Assembly: GCA_963828125.1 (NCBI GenBank)
Contig: CAWHDP010000002.1
Coordinates: 448,001 to 512,000 of the forward strand
Direction of reading: 5' to 3'
DNA length: 64,000 nucleotides
DNA from: an uncultured Chlamydiae bacterium
GTDB lineage: Bacteria; Chlamydiota; Chlamydiia; Chlamydiales; SM23-39
The position numbers and the translations under genes were made by a program. Shown here in pieces: positions 9,005-19,501 of the stretch (its first letter is position 1; every line of letters starts with the position of its first letter). The notes under the pieces were generated by a model. That model was given only the letters and a program-made list of their open reading frames with translations. It had not been told where the DNA came from and did not search any database.

Positions 9005-10333
9005 ATGACAACAACAGCAAATGTAAATTCAAGACCTGCAAATCAACAGAATGTGCCACAACAAGTGGATCAAACCGCAAATCCTCTCTACGAGCAGATC
9101 GAGAATGTCGTTAGAGGGGCTCTTCGCGACATTCCACCAAGTCAAAAGGTAAATTTACTTGTAAGATCAGCAGAAGGGCACCTACAGATGGACGCCCCTT
9201 ATGTTTCGATCCAGTCTATAACCGACGATTCCCAGCGACCACCACAGACGGTGGTATTATTGCCGCCTGCTTTCAACCCCAAGCCACGATCCTCCCACAG
9301 TGAACTGGGCGATGATATAAAGTCCTCAGAGGATGCCGACAGCAATGCTTCAGCAGCAGTCACCTCGTCGCTAATCAACCAAACTATCAATCAGATTTAC
9401 CACGACTCTTCCGGAAATTTCTATCGCATTATGGGGTCCCTCCCACGGCCAGAGGCCTACCGGCAGAAGTTGGAAGTCGCCGCTCAGCAAATCGCGGACC
9501 TAACCATGAAGCTCAAAGGCAAGTGGGGGATTTTGAAGTACGCTCTTCAAAAATTTTTGACCCCTCAGCAATTTGAGAGGTGTGTAAAAATACAGAACCG
9601 TTATGATTCAACAATCACTGTGGATGCACAAACAATACGAAAAGAAGTGACTCTCCTTCTTCAAGCTGCGGAAATAGGTGTTCACATATCTTTCGATCAT
9701 TTTAAGTGGCTTGATACAGCGTGCCAGTCTTTGAGTCTAGTACTCAACACGCTGGATGAGGATTTTTTTCAGCCGTTGATCTCATCTAAACTGACCAGTG
9801 AACCTCTCTTCCAAGGAGTCATTGACGAATACTTGAGTTTGTTGGAGCAGTTCAATGCAACCGTGACAACAAACAATTCTTGGGAGGTTTTTCGTCAAAC
9901 TATCTTCTTCCATAGCACGATGTACTCTTTTGGGCAAAGAATCGTGGCTCACATCCCTGACGGAGATATGGAGAGGTTAAAAGACTTTTTTATATTAACA
10001 AAAACATCCATCTACAGAAAAATGAATATTCCTGCCGACTTACTCGCATGGCTTAAAGCTCCTAAAAGGGCAGAGAAGGGGCCCGCAGACACAATGAGCG
10101 ACGCTGTTCTCGAAGAGATGAATAAGAGAGCCGTACAGCGTGCTGGGGGAGTTCGGCCGGGGTTTCTGCAACCTTTCTACGAAATCCCACAGCGAGAGTC
10201 TCTTTGCGCTAGAATGCATCGCTTGGTGTCCAGAAATATATTCCGGATCGCCGCAACCGCTGTTTGTTGCATCGGATATGTTTGGACGCTCACACACTTG
10301 ATTTCACCAAGGCGTCCTGCTGCCACCACATAA
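9005..10333 (+). CDS. Hypothetical protein, candidate T3SS effector with C-terminal TM helix
   Basis: GGAGGAG RBS before ATG 9005; Thr/Asn/Gln-rich N-terminus; hydrophobic IAATAVCCIGYVWTLTHLI near the C-terminus. Confidence 0.7.
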   Translation: MTTTANVNSRPANQQNVPQQVDQTANPLYEQIENVVRGALRDIPPSQKVNLLVRSAEGHLQMDAPYVSIQSITDDSQRPPQTVVLLPPAFNPKPRSSHSELGDDIKSSEDADSNASAAVTSSLINQTINQIYHDSSGNFYRIMGSLPRPEAYRQKLEVAAQQIADLTMKLKGKWGILKYALQKFLTPQQFERCVKIQNRYDSTITVDAQTIRKEVTLLLQAAEIGVHISFDHFKWLDTACQSLSLVLNTLDEDFFQPLISSKLTSEPLFQGVIDEYLSLLEQFNATVTTNNSWEVFRQTIFFHSTMYSFGQRIVAHIPDGDMERLKDFFILTKTSIYRKMNIPADLLAWLKAPKRAEKGPADTMSDAVLEEMNKRAVQRAGGVRPGFLQPFYEIPQRESLCARMHRLVSRNIFRIAATAVCCIGYVWTLTHLISPRRPAATT

Positions 10334-10342
10334 TATGTATCA

Positions 10343-10368
10343 CACCGCCGGCCGTACAGCCGGCGGTG
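10343..10368. terminator. Hairpin between convergent genes
   Basis: CACCGCCGGC-6 nt-GCCGGCGGTG; U-tract atypical. Confidence 0.5.
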
Positions 10369-10411
10369 CAAAAAATCATATGTCATCTAGGCCATAAGAT
10401 TACACCCCACC

Positions 10412-11554
10412 CTAACCCACAGTCACTGTAATCTGGGCTGCCCCTGATCGTCTCAGCGTCCTCAGCCCGATTTGCCAATCGTAGGCTTCATACCCCTTGC
10501 AGGTTTGCGAGGGGCGGTTGGCCCGAAAGATATGGCCGCAAAAATCGCCTGCTCCTTGGGTGAGATCGAACCGCAAAGCGATTGTCTCTCCGGGCGTTTG
10601 AATCGATATCCGATCTCCGAGTCGAAACACGGTCGCTTTACGGCCTTCTACACATAGCTCTGTTTCTGGCGATCTGTCGCAATAAAGCGCCGCCTCAAAC
10701 AGATCGCCTCGTCCCATCTCCACCCCTTCGGGAAGATCAAAGACAAGCCCTTTGCCGACGAGCGAGTGGAGGCTCGATCCTGGCCAAAAATAGCGGAAGG
10801 CGGTCTCAGGGACTTGAGTGGGCGTGTAGGTGAGGGGAAAAAGGGGGGCGGCGAGGAGCTGATGGGGGTGATCTTTGAGGAGCCGGGGCGAATAGCGCCC
10901 TTCGGCGAGGAGCCACTCAATCGGGTTCGGGCGGGGCTCCCCTTTTTCTTGCGCATCGAAGCGGGCGGGCGCCTTTAAGAGTTGAAGAGTGGGGTCGTAG
11001 GGGATCTCAAAATGAGTTTGGCCTGCGAGCTGCGCGGTGATGATCCAGTCTGTCCATTCAGCAGGAGAGAGTTCGGCAGGATCCTGAGGCAGGAGGGGCT
11101 CGCCGAGGCAGGCGCGGCGCCGGTTTTCCCATGCTGGTTTTTCGGGACGCTTCGAGAGGGCTTTCCGGAGGCTCTCTTCGATGAGGGGGCGGAGATCGCC
11201 GAGGACGGGGGAAAAAAGGCGGAGTAGATAAATCAAGATGGGGGCGATTCGAAGGGGCGCCTGAAAGTCGTGGCAGCGGGGATAATCGTGAAGATAGAGA
11301 GGAAACTGGCCCTCTTGGGTCTGAAAAGGGAGGAGTCTGGCGATGAGATCTTTCCCTTGTGTGATGCTCTCTGCCGTTTTTTGCCGAAAGAGGGCAAGGG
11401 CATAACAGAAATTCTCGTAGAGAGGGATGGCGTCAGAGGTCTCTTCGTTGGGAAAGAGGTGGACAAAACGGGTGCGGGGACTGAGCCGCTGACTGGCCGC
11501 AGCGATCGCAAGATCAATGGAGCGGGTCTGCTTTTTAAACGCTTCAGTTTGCAT
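10412..11554 (-). CDS. Hypothetical protein (co-transcribed with the HAD hydrolase)
   Basis: 380-aa ORF overlapping the HAD gene end, with genome-typical composition. Confidence 0.7.
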   Translation of the reverse strand: MQTEAFKKQTRSIDLAIAAASQRLSPRTRFVHLFPNEETSDAIPLYENFCYALALFRQKTAESITQGKDLIARLLPFQTQEGQFPLYLHDYPRCHDFQAPLRIAPILIYLLRLFSPVLGDLRPLIEESLRKALSKRPEKPAWENRRRACLGEPLLPQDPAELSPAEWTDWIITAQLAGQTHFEIPYDPTLQLLKAPARFDAQEKGEPRPNPIEWLLAEGRYSPRLLKDHPHQLLAAPLFPLTYTPTQVPETAFRYFWPGSSLHSLVGKGLVFDLPEGVEMGRGDLFEAALYCDRSPETELCVEGRKATVFRLGDRISIQTPGETIALRFDLTQGAGDFCGHIFRANRPSQTCKGYEAYDWQIGLRTLRRSGAAQITVTVG

Positions 11555-12389
11555 CGCGGATCGCTATTTGGAGGGCGTGAATGATCCCTAACTCTTCCGT
11601 CGGCGGGGCAATGAAGGTGGCGACTTGCTGCAAACTCTCGGGAGCGTGGGCCATCGCAATTTTAATGTCGGCAACGTTGAGGAGGCTAATGTCATTTTCA
11701 TCGTCCCCGGCGGCGATGACTGTAGCTCCTCGCCCTTTGAGCTGCAAGACGCGCGATAAAGAGAGCCCTTTGGAGGCTTTGCTGTCTGTGACGAGGAGGA
11801 TGTAAGTCCCCGCTTCAAAGGGGTCGCGAATTTTGGCCACTTCGAAAGAACCGAGAGCCTTCAGTCTCCCCGCAATCAGATCCATTCTCGCCTCTTTGCC
11901 AAAACACTTGATCAAGGGAAAGCTCTTCAAATTCATCTCCTCATAGCGACCCGCCTCCCTCCACTTCTCTGGCTGCCTTTGTTGCAAATCGATCAAATAA
12001 TCGCGATCTTCATAAGAGAAACGCTCCGGCCGCCAGTAGCAAAAATCCCCCTCCTCGTAACCGGCGTAAATTAAAAAATCGCTGTCAATCCCCTCATAGG
12101 CCTTCTCGACGAGGGGGATGGCCTCCCTTGAGATATAGGATTTAAAGAGGAGTTTTTTATGGGGCATCTCGAGGGCAAGCGATCCATTCTGGGCCAAAAA
12201 TATGTAGGGAAAATCAAACTCAGTCAGGGCCATTGCCGCAAAAGCAAACGGCCTGCCGGTCGCAAGCGCAATTCTCCACCCCTCCTTTTGCAAATGACGT
12301 AAAAACAGAGCGACCTCAGTAGGGACGCTATATTTAGCAAGCGTAAGAGTCCCATCGATGTCGAGAGCAATCCAACCTTTCGAAATCAT
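11544..12389 (-). CDS. Cof-type HAD-IIB hydrolase
   Basis: DIDGTL, ATGR, SKG, AAGDDEND motifs. Confidence 0.92.
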   Translation of the reverse strand: MISKGWIALDIDGTLTLAKYSVPTEVALFLRHLQKEGWRIALATGRPFAFAAMALTEFDFPYIFLAQNGSLALEMPHKKLLFKSYISREAIPLVEKAYEGIDSDFLIYAGYEEGDFCYWRPERFSYEDRDYLIDLQQRQPEKWREAGRYEEMNLKSFPLIKCFGKEARMDLIAGRLKALGSFEVAKIRDPFEAGTYILLVTDSKASKGLSLSRVLQLKGRGATVIAAGDDENDISLLNVADIKIAMAHAPESLQQVATFIAPPTEELGIIHALQIAIRDAN

Positions 12390-12448
12390 AGGTACAGATT
12401 ACACGGTTTGCGAGCTTCCGAGAAGAGTTATTTTTCCAAAATGGGATG

Positions 12449-12467
12449 TAAACTGGACATTGGCCAG
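12449..12467. repeat. Solitary family-A end (TAAACTGGACATTGGCCA)
   Basis: Identical core to the 5242 and 8883 copies. Confidence 0.7.
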
Positions 12468-12604
12468 ATAAAGAATGTATTAAAAAATTTTTCTTGCACG
12501 AATTGCGGCAAATGACGTATACATCTGTATCGCATTTTTGAAGTTTTCATTAACCTGCCCTCCGGCGTTAGTCAAGCCAGGGGCTAACTTAAAGAGAGGT
12601 TTCT

Positions 12605-12937
12605 ATGTCGTCATCGATTCCAGCGTCATCACCAACAGGCACACCGCCGGCGGCGGATTGGGGAGAGTTCGTCAATCCATACGTGGTTTGGGTCGGCAAC
12701 AACACCTTCAATCAGGTCAAAGACTGGTTTTTAGTGCAAGCGACGGGGCCAGAATCCAAACGGGACGGCACTTTGTCCAAAATTGCGAGGATTTTTGCCT
12801 TGGTTCTCGCTTCTATCGTTCTCTTGCCGTGGGCTTGCATCAACAGCGTCTCCAGTTGGTTCCAGCCAACGCCGCCGCTCCCAAATAAAAGTGCGTCGAG
12901 TGTACAAGTGAACACAGAACCTCTGATCGAAGTCTAG
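12605..12937 (+). CDS. Small hypothetical membrane protein (effector/Inc-like)
   Basis: AGAGAGG RBS, Ser/Pro-rich N-terminus, one hydrophobic segment, followed by a terminator. Confidence 0.65.
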   Translation: MSSSIPASSPTGTPPAADWGEFVNPYVVWVGNNTFNQVKDWFLVQATGPESKRDGTLSKIARIFALVLASIVLLPWACINSVSSWFQPTPPLPNKSASSVQVNTEPLIEV

Positions 12938-12954
12938 CCATATAAGATCTGAGA

Positions 12955-12981
12955 CCCGCGAGTCGATTCGCGGGCTTTTTT
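12955..12981 (+). terminator. Rho-independent terminator
   Basis: CCCGCGA-loop-TCGCGGG followed by C and T6. Confidence 0.8.
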
Positions 12982-13019
12982 CCTTTGCCAAGAAATAGGG
13001 AATTTCCCATAGTAGGTGC

Positions 13020-13397
13020 ATGCCCATTTACGTTCCAGACGAACAAGGGGAGCTGACGGCTCTCGATCAGGTGACGCTCGGCGTCGCCCAAGCGACTTCC
13101 ACAATGCCGGCCAGCGATCCCGGCAATTTGGGGGCGGCTTTCGGGAAAATGATCCTTTCGCTCATCGCAGTAGTCGTTCTCCTTTTGGTCTCCTATTGGT
13201 TCCTCAAGCGCCTCGTCCAAAATCGGCTCCAAAAAGGGGTCGGAGACGCCGCGATCCAAATCATTGAGAAGCGGATGATCAGCCCGAAAACGGTACTCTA
13301 CCTCATTGAGGTCGACCACAAAAGAATTCTTGTCGCCGAGTCGCACTTGGAGATCAAGCGGCTCGAAGGATTTGAGATAGGTGACAGCCGTTCATAG
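13020..13397 (+). CDS. FliO/FliZ-like export-gate chaperone homolog
   Basis: Single TM (MILSLIAVVVLLLVSYWFLKR), then IQIIEKRMISPKTVLYLIEVDHKRILVAES, the FliO-type beta domain. Confidence 0.75.
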   Translation: MPIYVPDEQGELTALDQVTLGVAQATSTMPASDPGNLGAAFGKMILSLIAVVVLLLVSYWFLKRLVQNRLQKGVGDAAIQIIEKRMISPKTVLYLIEVDHKRILVAESHLEIKRLEGFEIGDSRS

Positions 13398-14687
13398 AAC
13401 TTTTTCTAAAAATTCGACCATACACTGTACCGCGTAGTCGACGTCTCCGTCCAGGTGGGCGGATGACATAAACCACGCCTCATGAGAAGAGGGGGAAATG
13501 TAGATCCCTCGCTCAAACAGGTAGCGGAAAAAACGGATGAAAGTCTCTTCATCCAGAGATTTTAAATCCTCTTTAGAGCGGATTTGTTTGGGGCCAAAAA
13601 AGAGGTTGAACATCGATCCTTTTTCCTGCAGACAGGCGGCGGTTCCTGTCCGGAGGAGAGCTTCCCGAAGCGGGAGGGTGAGCCGCTCGGTCTTTGTCTG
13701 CAGCCGCTCATAAAAACCTCTCTCCTCAATCTGGCAAAGGGTCTCCCAGCCGCCTCTCATCGCAACTGGATTGCCAGAGAGGGTTCCCGCTTGGTAGACT
13801 CCGCCAAGGGGCGCTAGGGCGTCGAGAATTTTCGCCTTGCCGCCGACTGCGGCAGCGGGAAATCCTCCTCCAAGAATCTTTCCTAAACAGGTGAGGTCCG
13901 GATCGATCGAATAGAGCCCCTGGGCACAGCTCAAGCCGAGTCTAAAACCGGTGATCACTTCATCGAAAATGAGAAGAGCGCCTGAGCGGGCTGTCTCTTC
14001 GCGGAGCATCTCGAGAAATCCCTCTTCAGGCAAGACGACTCCCATGTTGCCAGTGACCGGCTCCAAAATCACAGCTGCGACTTGCGCAGCGAGGGGCGAG
14101 GTGCGGAAAAAGGAGCGGACGGCATGGAAATCGTTGAATGGGAAGCAGAGAGTGTCGGCGATCGTGCTGAAGTTGACCCCTTTTGATGTGGCCAGGGGGT
14201 TTAGGCTAGCCACGCCGGAGCCTGCTTGAATCAAAAGCGAATCGGCGTGCCCGTGGTAATGGCCGGTGAATTTGAGGATCTTTGGCCTCTCCGTAAAGGC
14301 GCGGGCGAGCCGAAGAGCGGTCATCACCGCTTCAGTCCCTGAGCTGACGAAGCGGAGCTTTTCAACCGACGGGACGAGGTCCACGACTTTGGCGGCAAGG
14401 CGCTCTTCGATTTCGGTCGCGATGCCGAAGGAAGAGCCTTTACGCACCTGTTCGCACACCCCTTTGACGACTTGGGGGTTGGCGTGGCCGAGGAGCAGGG
14501 CGCCCCAACTGCAGCAAAAGTCGATGTAGCTGTTGCCGTCGGCGTCAATGATCCGGCCGCCCGATCCCGATTCGACAATCATCGGGGGCATGCGAAGATG
14601 ACGGAACGAACGGACGGGCGAACTGACGCCGCCGGGAATGACGGCGCAAGCCCTGTCATAAATCTGCTGGGATTTCGGTCTGAGCAT
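13392..14687 (-). CDS. hemL: Glutamate-1-semialdehyde 2,1-aminomutase
   Basis: IPGGVSSPVR, SSGTEA, YHGHAD, DEVITGFR, GKILGGGFP, YQAGTLSGNP motifs. Confidence 0.96.
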   Translation of the reverse strand: MLRPKSQQIYDRACAVIPGGVSSPVRSFRHLRMPPMIVESGSGGRIIDADGNSYIDFCCSWGALLLGHANPQVVKGVCEQVRKGSSFGIATEIEERLAAKVVDLVPSVEKLRFVSSGTEAVMTALRLARAFTERPKILKFTGHYHGHADSLLIQAGSGVASLNPLATSKGVNFSTIADTLCFPFNDFHAVRSFFRTSPLAAQVAAVILEPVTGNMGVVLPEEGFLEMLREETARSGALLIFDEVITGFRLGLSCAQGLYSIDPDLTCLGKILGGGFPAAAVGGKAKILDALAPLGGVYQAGTLSGNPVAMRGGWETLCQIEERGFYERLQTKTERLTLPLREALLRTGTAACLQEKGSMFNLFFGPKQIRSKEDLKSLDEETFIRFFRYLFERGIYISPSSHEAWFMSSAHLDGDVDYAVQCMVEFLEKVL

Positions 14688-14757
14688 GACGGGGTATTAT
14701 GCCCAAAAAGATTTTTTTTGACGAACAGTTTTTGTTCCGGCACAATCCGCTCTTAAG

Positions 14758-16512
14758 ATGAAACGTCTTTTCGCTCTCTGCACTCCCCTTTGGCTCTCCG
14801 CGATCCCCTATGAGGTGCAGATTGTCGGTCTAGACGATCCGGCAGCGCTCAAATCGGTCATCGATGCATCCGATCTATTCGCGCTCCAAGAGCGCCCCCC
14901 CGCCTCCATCAATGGAATTCGCTACCGGGTTGCCGGCGATATCCCCGGTGTACTCAAAGTGCTCCGCGCCTATGGATACTACGATGCGAGCATCGCCTCC
15001 AACGTCGCGGTTGAAGAAGATCAAGCCCAAGTCACCCTTGAAATCCATCCTGGGCCACAATACCGTTTGAGTTCCTACCAAATATTCCGCGGCGATTGCA
15101 CAAAACCTGCAGAGGTGTGCTGCTGCGAGCCGTTCACGCCAGAGAGACTCGGCTTAACTCTCGGGAGCCCTGCCCTTTCGGTGAATATCGTCAATGCTGA
15201 GCTGAATCTGTTATCGGAGCTGGCCCGGTGCGGCTATCCCTTAGCGAGCGTAGACAAGCGAAAAGTGGTTGTCGATATGGAACACAAACAGCTCGAAGCA
15301 GCCGTTTGCATTGACGAGGGGCCCCTCTCCGCCTTCGGGCCGATGTCGATCTTTGGCTTGAAAACGGTCCAACCCCGCTATGTGATGAGGCGGATTGCGT
15401 GGAGAGAGGGAGATCTGTATAGCTCCGATGAGGTGGAGGAGACGCAAAAAAGGCTCCTCAACAGCGATCTATTCAGCTCCGTTTTGATTTCCCATGACGG
15501 GCAGCTCGATGAGAACGGGCAGCTCCCGATCCGGATGCGGATCGCTGAGGCGAAACACAGACAGGTGACGCTCGGCGTTTTTTATGCGACCGTCGACGGG
15601 CCAGGAGGGACATTTACATGGACTCATCGAAATTTGCGAGGAATGGGAGAGATCGTGAGTCTCGACGGGGAATTTTCCAAACGGTATTTAGCAGGGACTC
15701 TCACATACAAAAAACCCGATTTTTTAGCTCTTAACCAAAGTTATCGGGCGGTAGCGCAGATCGAAAGACAGTATATCCACCCGTTCATCGCCTTCACCTA
15801 CAGGGGAGCCAACTATCTCGACAAAAAGATAGACAACCGGCGCAATGTGTCAGTCGGCTTAGAGGTGCAACACGTCAATGTGGCCAATAGCGCACAGAAC
15901 GGAACTTACCTACTGGTCGACGTCCCCCTTTTTTTTCGCTACAACACAGCCGACGATCTCTTCAACCCAAGCCAAGGCTATTCGATCGTCTACCAGCCCC
16001 ATTTCTTCCAGTCGCTCGAGCACGGACGCCAGCACTTTATCAAACAGAGACTCACGACCACTTTTTATATCCCCGTCTGGAAAAAATGGTTGATTTTCGC
16101 CGGGAGAGTCCAAGTCGGCTCGATCGCAGGAGCAAGACAAGAGTTCGTCCCCCTCCCCATCCTTTTTCTAGGCGGCTCTGAGGACGATTTGCGAGGCTAC
16201 AGATACATGACTGTAAGCCCTTTGAATGAACACCGGAAACCGTATGGCGGCAGATCGGCCATTTTCCTCACCGCAGAGACCCGGTTCCGTTTTGGAGAAA
16301 AGATTGGGATTGTCCCGTTTGCCGACTTTGGGACTGTGACCTTTAGCGAACTCCCCACCGTCGACGCCGAATGGTTCAAATCGGTTGGCGTCGGGCTCCG
16401 CTATTTTACTTTTTTCGGCCCCCTTAGGTTTGATGTGGGTTTCCCTCTCGACCGGAGGAGAGGGGTCGATCCGGCGTTTAGAATGTATGCATCGATAGGA
16501 CAGACGTTTTGA
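14758..16512 (+). CDS. tamA: TamA (Omp85 family)
   Basis: POTRA-like N-terminus, GGSEDDLRGY, GVGLRYFTFFGPLRFDVG, terminal IGQTF; directly upstream of a TamB-like gene. Confidence 0.88.
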   Translation: MKRLFALCTPLWLSAIPYEVQIVGLDDPAALKSVIDASDLFALQERPPASINGIRYRVAGDIPGVLKVLRAYGYYDASIASNVAVEEDQAQVTLEIHPGPQYRLSSYQIFRGDCTKPAEVCCCEPFTPERLGLTLGSPALSVNIVNAELNLLSELARCGYPLASVDKRKVVVDMEHKQLEAAVCIDEGPLSAFGPMSIFGLKTVQPRYVMRRIAWREGDLYSSDEVEETQKRLLNSDLFSSVLISHDGQLDENGQLPIRMRIAEAKHRQVTLGVFYATVDGPGGTFTWTHRNLRGMGEIVSLDGEFSKRYLAGTLTYKKPDFLALNQSYRAVAQIERQYIHPFIAFTYRGANYLDKKIDNRRNVSVGLEVQHVNVANSAQNGTYLLVDVPLFFRYNTADDLFNPSQGYSIVYQPHFFQSLEHGRQHFIKQRLTTTFYIPVWKKWLIFAGRVQVGSIAGARQEFVPLPILFLGGSEDDLRGYRYMTVSPLNEHRKPYGGRSAIFLTAETRFRFGEKIGIVPFADFGTVTFSELPTVDAEWFKSVGVGLRYFTFFGPLRFDVGFPLDRRRGVDPAFRMYASIGQTF

Positions 16513-19361
16513 TGAAAAAGATAATCATTTGGGCCTTAGCGTTTTTTGGGGGGTTAGCAGGAATTTATTCGGTCGTCCAAAGCGAGATCGGGAGAAATTT
16601 CGTCCGGAGCCGATTGACAGCTGCGTTGAAAGAGTCTGGCTTTGAGGTGAAAATCGGTCGGATCGACGGGACGATCCCCCATCAGCTCGATCTGAAAGAA
16701 GTGGATATTCGGGGCCAAGGGATCGATCTCCGCTTCCAGGAGATCTCTCTTAGGCCGGTGCTGTGGCGGCTCTTGAAAAAAGAGATCGCCTTCAACAATA
16801 TCCATGCGCGCGGAACGCTCGATTTCGATGGGAAATTCAGAATCAACGCCAAGCGGGCGTTTTTCAAGGGGGATGTCGATGGGTGGAGCGGTTCGGTCCG
16901 GTTCGACCGGAAAAAAAACGGAGCCTTTTTTTGGGTGAAAAGAGAGTCATTCAAAGCCAAAGGAAGGGCAGTTTTTAGCCCCAACTTTGAATTGCTCTCG
17001 TCGAATATCCAGATCGGACGCTACGCCCATATTGAGATTGAGAGGGGGCAAGGGGGATATGTGGGGACGGTTGAATGGATTTGGAATGGAGTGAAGGGAC
17101 AAGGCGAGGCGCTCTTCAAAGAGCGGAATCTAACAGGGACTTTAACGGCAGAACCGTCCGCTAAAGCGAAGTTTAATGTGACGATTAGACCCGACTGGAC
17201 CCTTGTCGGCACCTCCGAGCTCAACATCGAAAATCTCCAGTCGCTCCACCTCATTCCCGACTTGTACGGCAAACTGCAAGGACGGGCCGTATTCAATGTG
17301 GCTGGGGGGCTCCATTTGGACGTAACGGCGCTCGATGTGTACTATAAGACGCTCTACGCTGAAAAAATTTCGGTCTATTCCGATCTTGAGGATCCGTTCC
17401 GTAAGTGGAACGGACTCCTCGACGTCGAGGCGGAAAAATTGAAGTGGCGCCATTTGGAGCTCGATACGGCAAGTCTTGAAACCAAAAGCGGAAAAGATAA
17501 AAGACCGTTCAAACTGTTTGCCGAAGGGAATTTAAGACACCCGTTCGAGCTTCGAATGGATGGGACTTGGGAAGATGGGATTACAGTTGATGTGGCCCAT
17601 TTTGGGGGCCGATTTTTAGACACCCCGTTCCAAATGGAACAGCCGATCCGTTTCGTCGGCAATCGGGACGTTTTCCGACTGCCCGGGGCCTCCTTTACGG
17701 TCGGCGGAGCGACAGCCTTCATTGGGATCGACCGGGAAGGGGAAAAGACCGACGCCCAAATCCGCTGCAACGGGATCCCCCTCGATTTTCTCTCGTTCAA
17801 TCCCCTTGAGGTCAAAGTCGCCGGAACATTGGATTTAGACGCCCAAATCCAAGAGAGAAAGGGCCGGCTCCAAGGGACGCTCAAAGGATCGGCCAGCCAA
17901 ACAGAGCCGTTCAAAGCGCACGGACATTTTGAAGGGAATTTTGACAAAGACCGGCTCCATTTGATAGGAGATCTTGCCGTCCGGAAAACTCCCCTGCTTG
18001 ATTTTGATCTGTCGATCCCGATCTATGTGTCCATTTGGCCTTTCGAGGCGAAAGTCTTCGCTCATAAAGAGAGCCAGGGGCGGATCGCCCTGAACGGACG
18101 GATAGAAGAATTCCTCGATTTTTGGGATCTCGGCCCCCACCGGCTCGAAGGCGAATGCAAAGGAGAGATCCGCTTTCGAAACACGCTCTATCGCCCACTC
18201 GTCGAAGGGAAAGTTTTTTTTACAAACGGCTTTTATGAAAATTATTACACAGGCGCCCTGCTAAAAAATATCGAGGCCCATCTCCTCGCGGAGAAAAATA
18301 AAATTTTTCTCCGCGATTTTAAAGCGGAAGACGGGGAAGGCTCGGGGACAGTGAGCGCCAGTGGAGAGCTCGATCTGTTACAGTCCGATCACTACCCCTT
18401 CCGCCTCGACGCCGCTTTGACCCATTTTCAATTTCTCGAGATCGATCTCGTCAGCGCAGCTGCCAACGGAAACATCCAGATCGAAGGGAACGCCCTTTCG
18501 GCTATTGCCAAAGGAGATATTCACATCGAAAAGTGCGATCTCACCATCCCCGACCACATCGCAAGGCCTTTGCCCAATCTCGACGTCGTCTACCGAAACC
18601 AGATCCATCCTACCTTGCCGCCTGAAAACAGCTACAAACCCTACCCTCTCCACCTCGATCTCCACGTGTTCGCCCCGACCGATGTGTCGATCTCAGGAAG
18701 AGGCCTCAGCTCCAAATGGAGAGGAGATCTCCACCTCGGCGGCACTTATACAGCTCTCGCCGCCAAAGGAAAACTTGAATTGATTCAAGGGGAATTCAAC
18801 TTCTCCAGCCGGAGCTTTAAACTCAGCGACGGATCGCTCACCCTGTCTGGCAAAGAACACCAATTGCCCTATTTAAATATCGCAGGCTCCATGGAGACCA
18901 AAGGGATCCTCATCACCGCTAGACTCAAAGGGCCCTTGAACGACCCCCAGATCACCCTCCAGTCCTCCCCTCCCCTCCCCCTCGGTTCCATCATGTCGTA
19001 CCTTTTGTTCGGCCAAGACATCTCAGAGATCGGCGGTTTCCAAGCCCTGCAGATCGCCACATCGCTCGCCAGTCTCGCCGGCGCCGGACCCGACGTGATG
19101 GAGAACACCCGTAAATCGCTCGGCGTCGATCGATTGAGAGTCATCACCGATCCCACCGGAGAAGGAGGGGAAACAGTCGCCCTCCAAGTCGGCAAATACG
19201 TGTCAAAAGGGGTGCTAGTCTCCTTCACGCAAGGAACCGAAGAGAGCAGCACCAACATCAGCGTCGAAATCGAACTCAAAGACAACTTCGTCTTCCAAAT
19301 CGAGAGCGATCAACGGCAAGAACAGGGGAAATTCACCCTGAAATGGAATTTAAACTATTGA
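16512..19361 (+). CDS. tamB: TamB translocation/assembly module protein
   Basis: N-terminal TM anchor; DUF490-type C-terminus (LQSSPPLP...MSYLLFG, QVGKYVS). Confidence 0.85.
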   Translation: MKKIIIWALAFFGGLAGIYSVVQSEIGRNFVRSRLTAALKESGFEVKIGRIDGTIPHQLDLKEVDIRGQGIDLRFQEISLRPVLWRLLKKEIAFNNIHARGTLDFDGKFRINAKRAFFKGDVDGWSGSVRFDRKKNGAFFWVKRESFKAKGRAVFSPNFELLSSNIQIGRYAHIEIERGQGGYVGTVEWIWNGVKGQGEALFKERNLTGTLTAEPSAKAKFNVTIRPDWTLVGTSELNIENLQSLHLIPDLYGKLQGRAVFNVAGGLHLDVTALDVYYKTLYAEKISVYSDLEDPFRKWNGLLDVEAEKLKWRHLELDTASLETKSGKDKRPFKLFAEGNLRHPFELRMDGTWEDGITVDVAHFGGRFLDTPFQMEQPIRFVGNRDVFRLPGASFTVGGATAFIGIDREGEKTDAQIRCNGIPLDFLSFNPLEVKVAGTLDLDAQIQERKGRLQGTLKGSASQTEPFKAHGHFEGNFDKDRLHLIGDLAVRKTPLLDFDLSIPIYVSIWPFEAKVFAHKESQGRIALNGRIEEFLDFWDLGPHRLEGECKGEIRFRNTLYRPLVEGKVFFTNGFYENYYTGALLKNIEAHLLAEKNKIFLRDFKAEDGEGSGTVSASGELDLLQSDHYPFRLDAALTHFQFLEIDLVSAAANGNIQIEGNALSAIAKGDIHIEKCDLTIPDHIARPLPNLDVVYRNQIHPTLPPENSYKPYPLHLDLHVFAPTDVSISGRGLSSKWRGDLHLGGTYTALAAKGKLELIQGEFNFSSRSFKLSDGSLTLSGKEHQLPYLNIAGSMETKGILITARLKGPLNDPQITLQSSPPLPLGSIMSYLLFGQDISEIGGFQALQIATSLASLAGAGPDVMENTRKSLGVDRLRVITDPTGEGGETVALQVGKYVSKGVLVSFTQGTEESSTNISVEIELKDNFVFQIESDQRQEQGKFTLKWNLNY

Positions 19362-19403
19362 TTTAATTCCCCTGCCCGGTTAGAATTTGATCCTTCATAA
19401 GCC

Positions 19404-19432
19404 TTGACTATTCAGTGGTCTAAGGTTAAAGT
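19404..19432 (+). promoter_or_regulatory. Putative sigma66 promoter of the translocon operon
   Basis: TTGACT, 17-nt spacer, TAAAGT. Confidence 0.45.
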
Positions 19433-19501
19433 ATTTGGTCGTATGGCGCGTTTAATCCGTGAGATCTATCATGGGAGTGCGCTATTGAAAAAGGAGAGGT
19501 T

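Noticed and set aside
5242..12467. Repeated motif considered as a CRISPR or integron attC array
   Set aside because: Copies are kilobases apart and irregular, with no cas or integrase gene and no GTTRRRY-type core arrangement.
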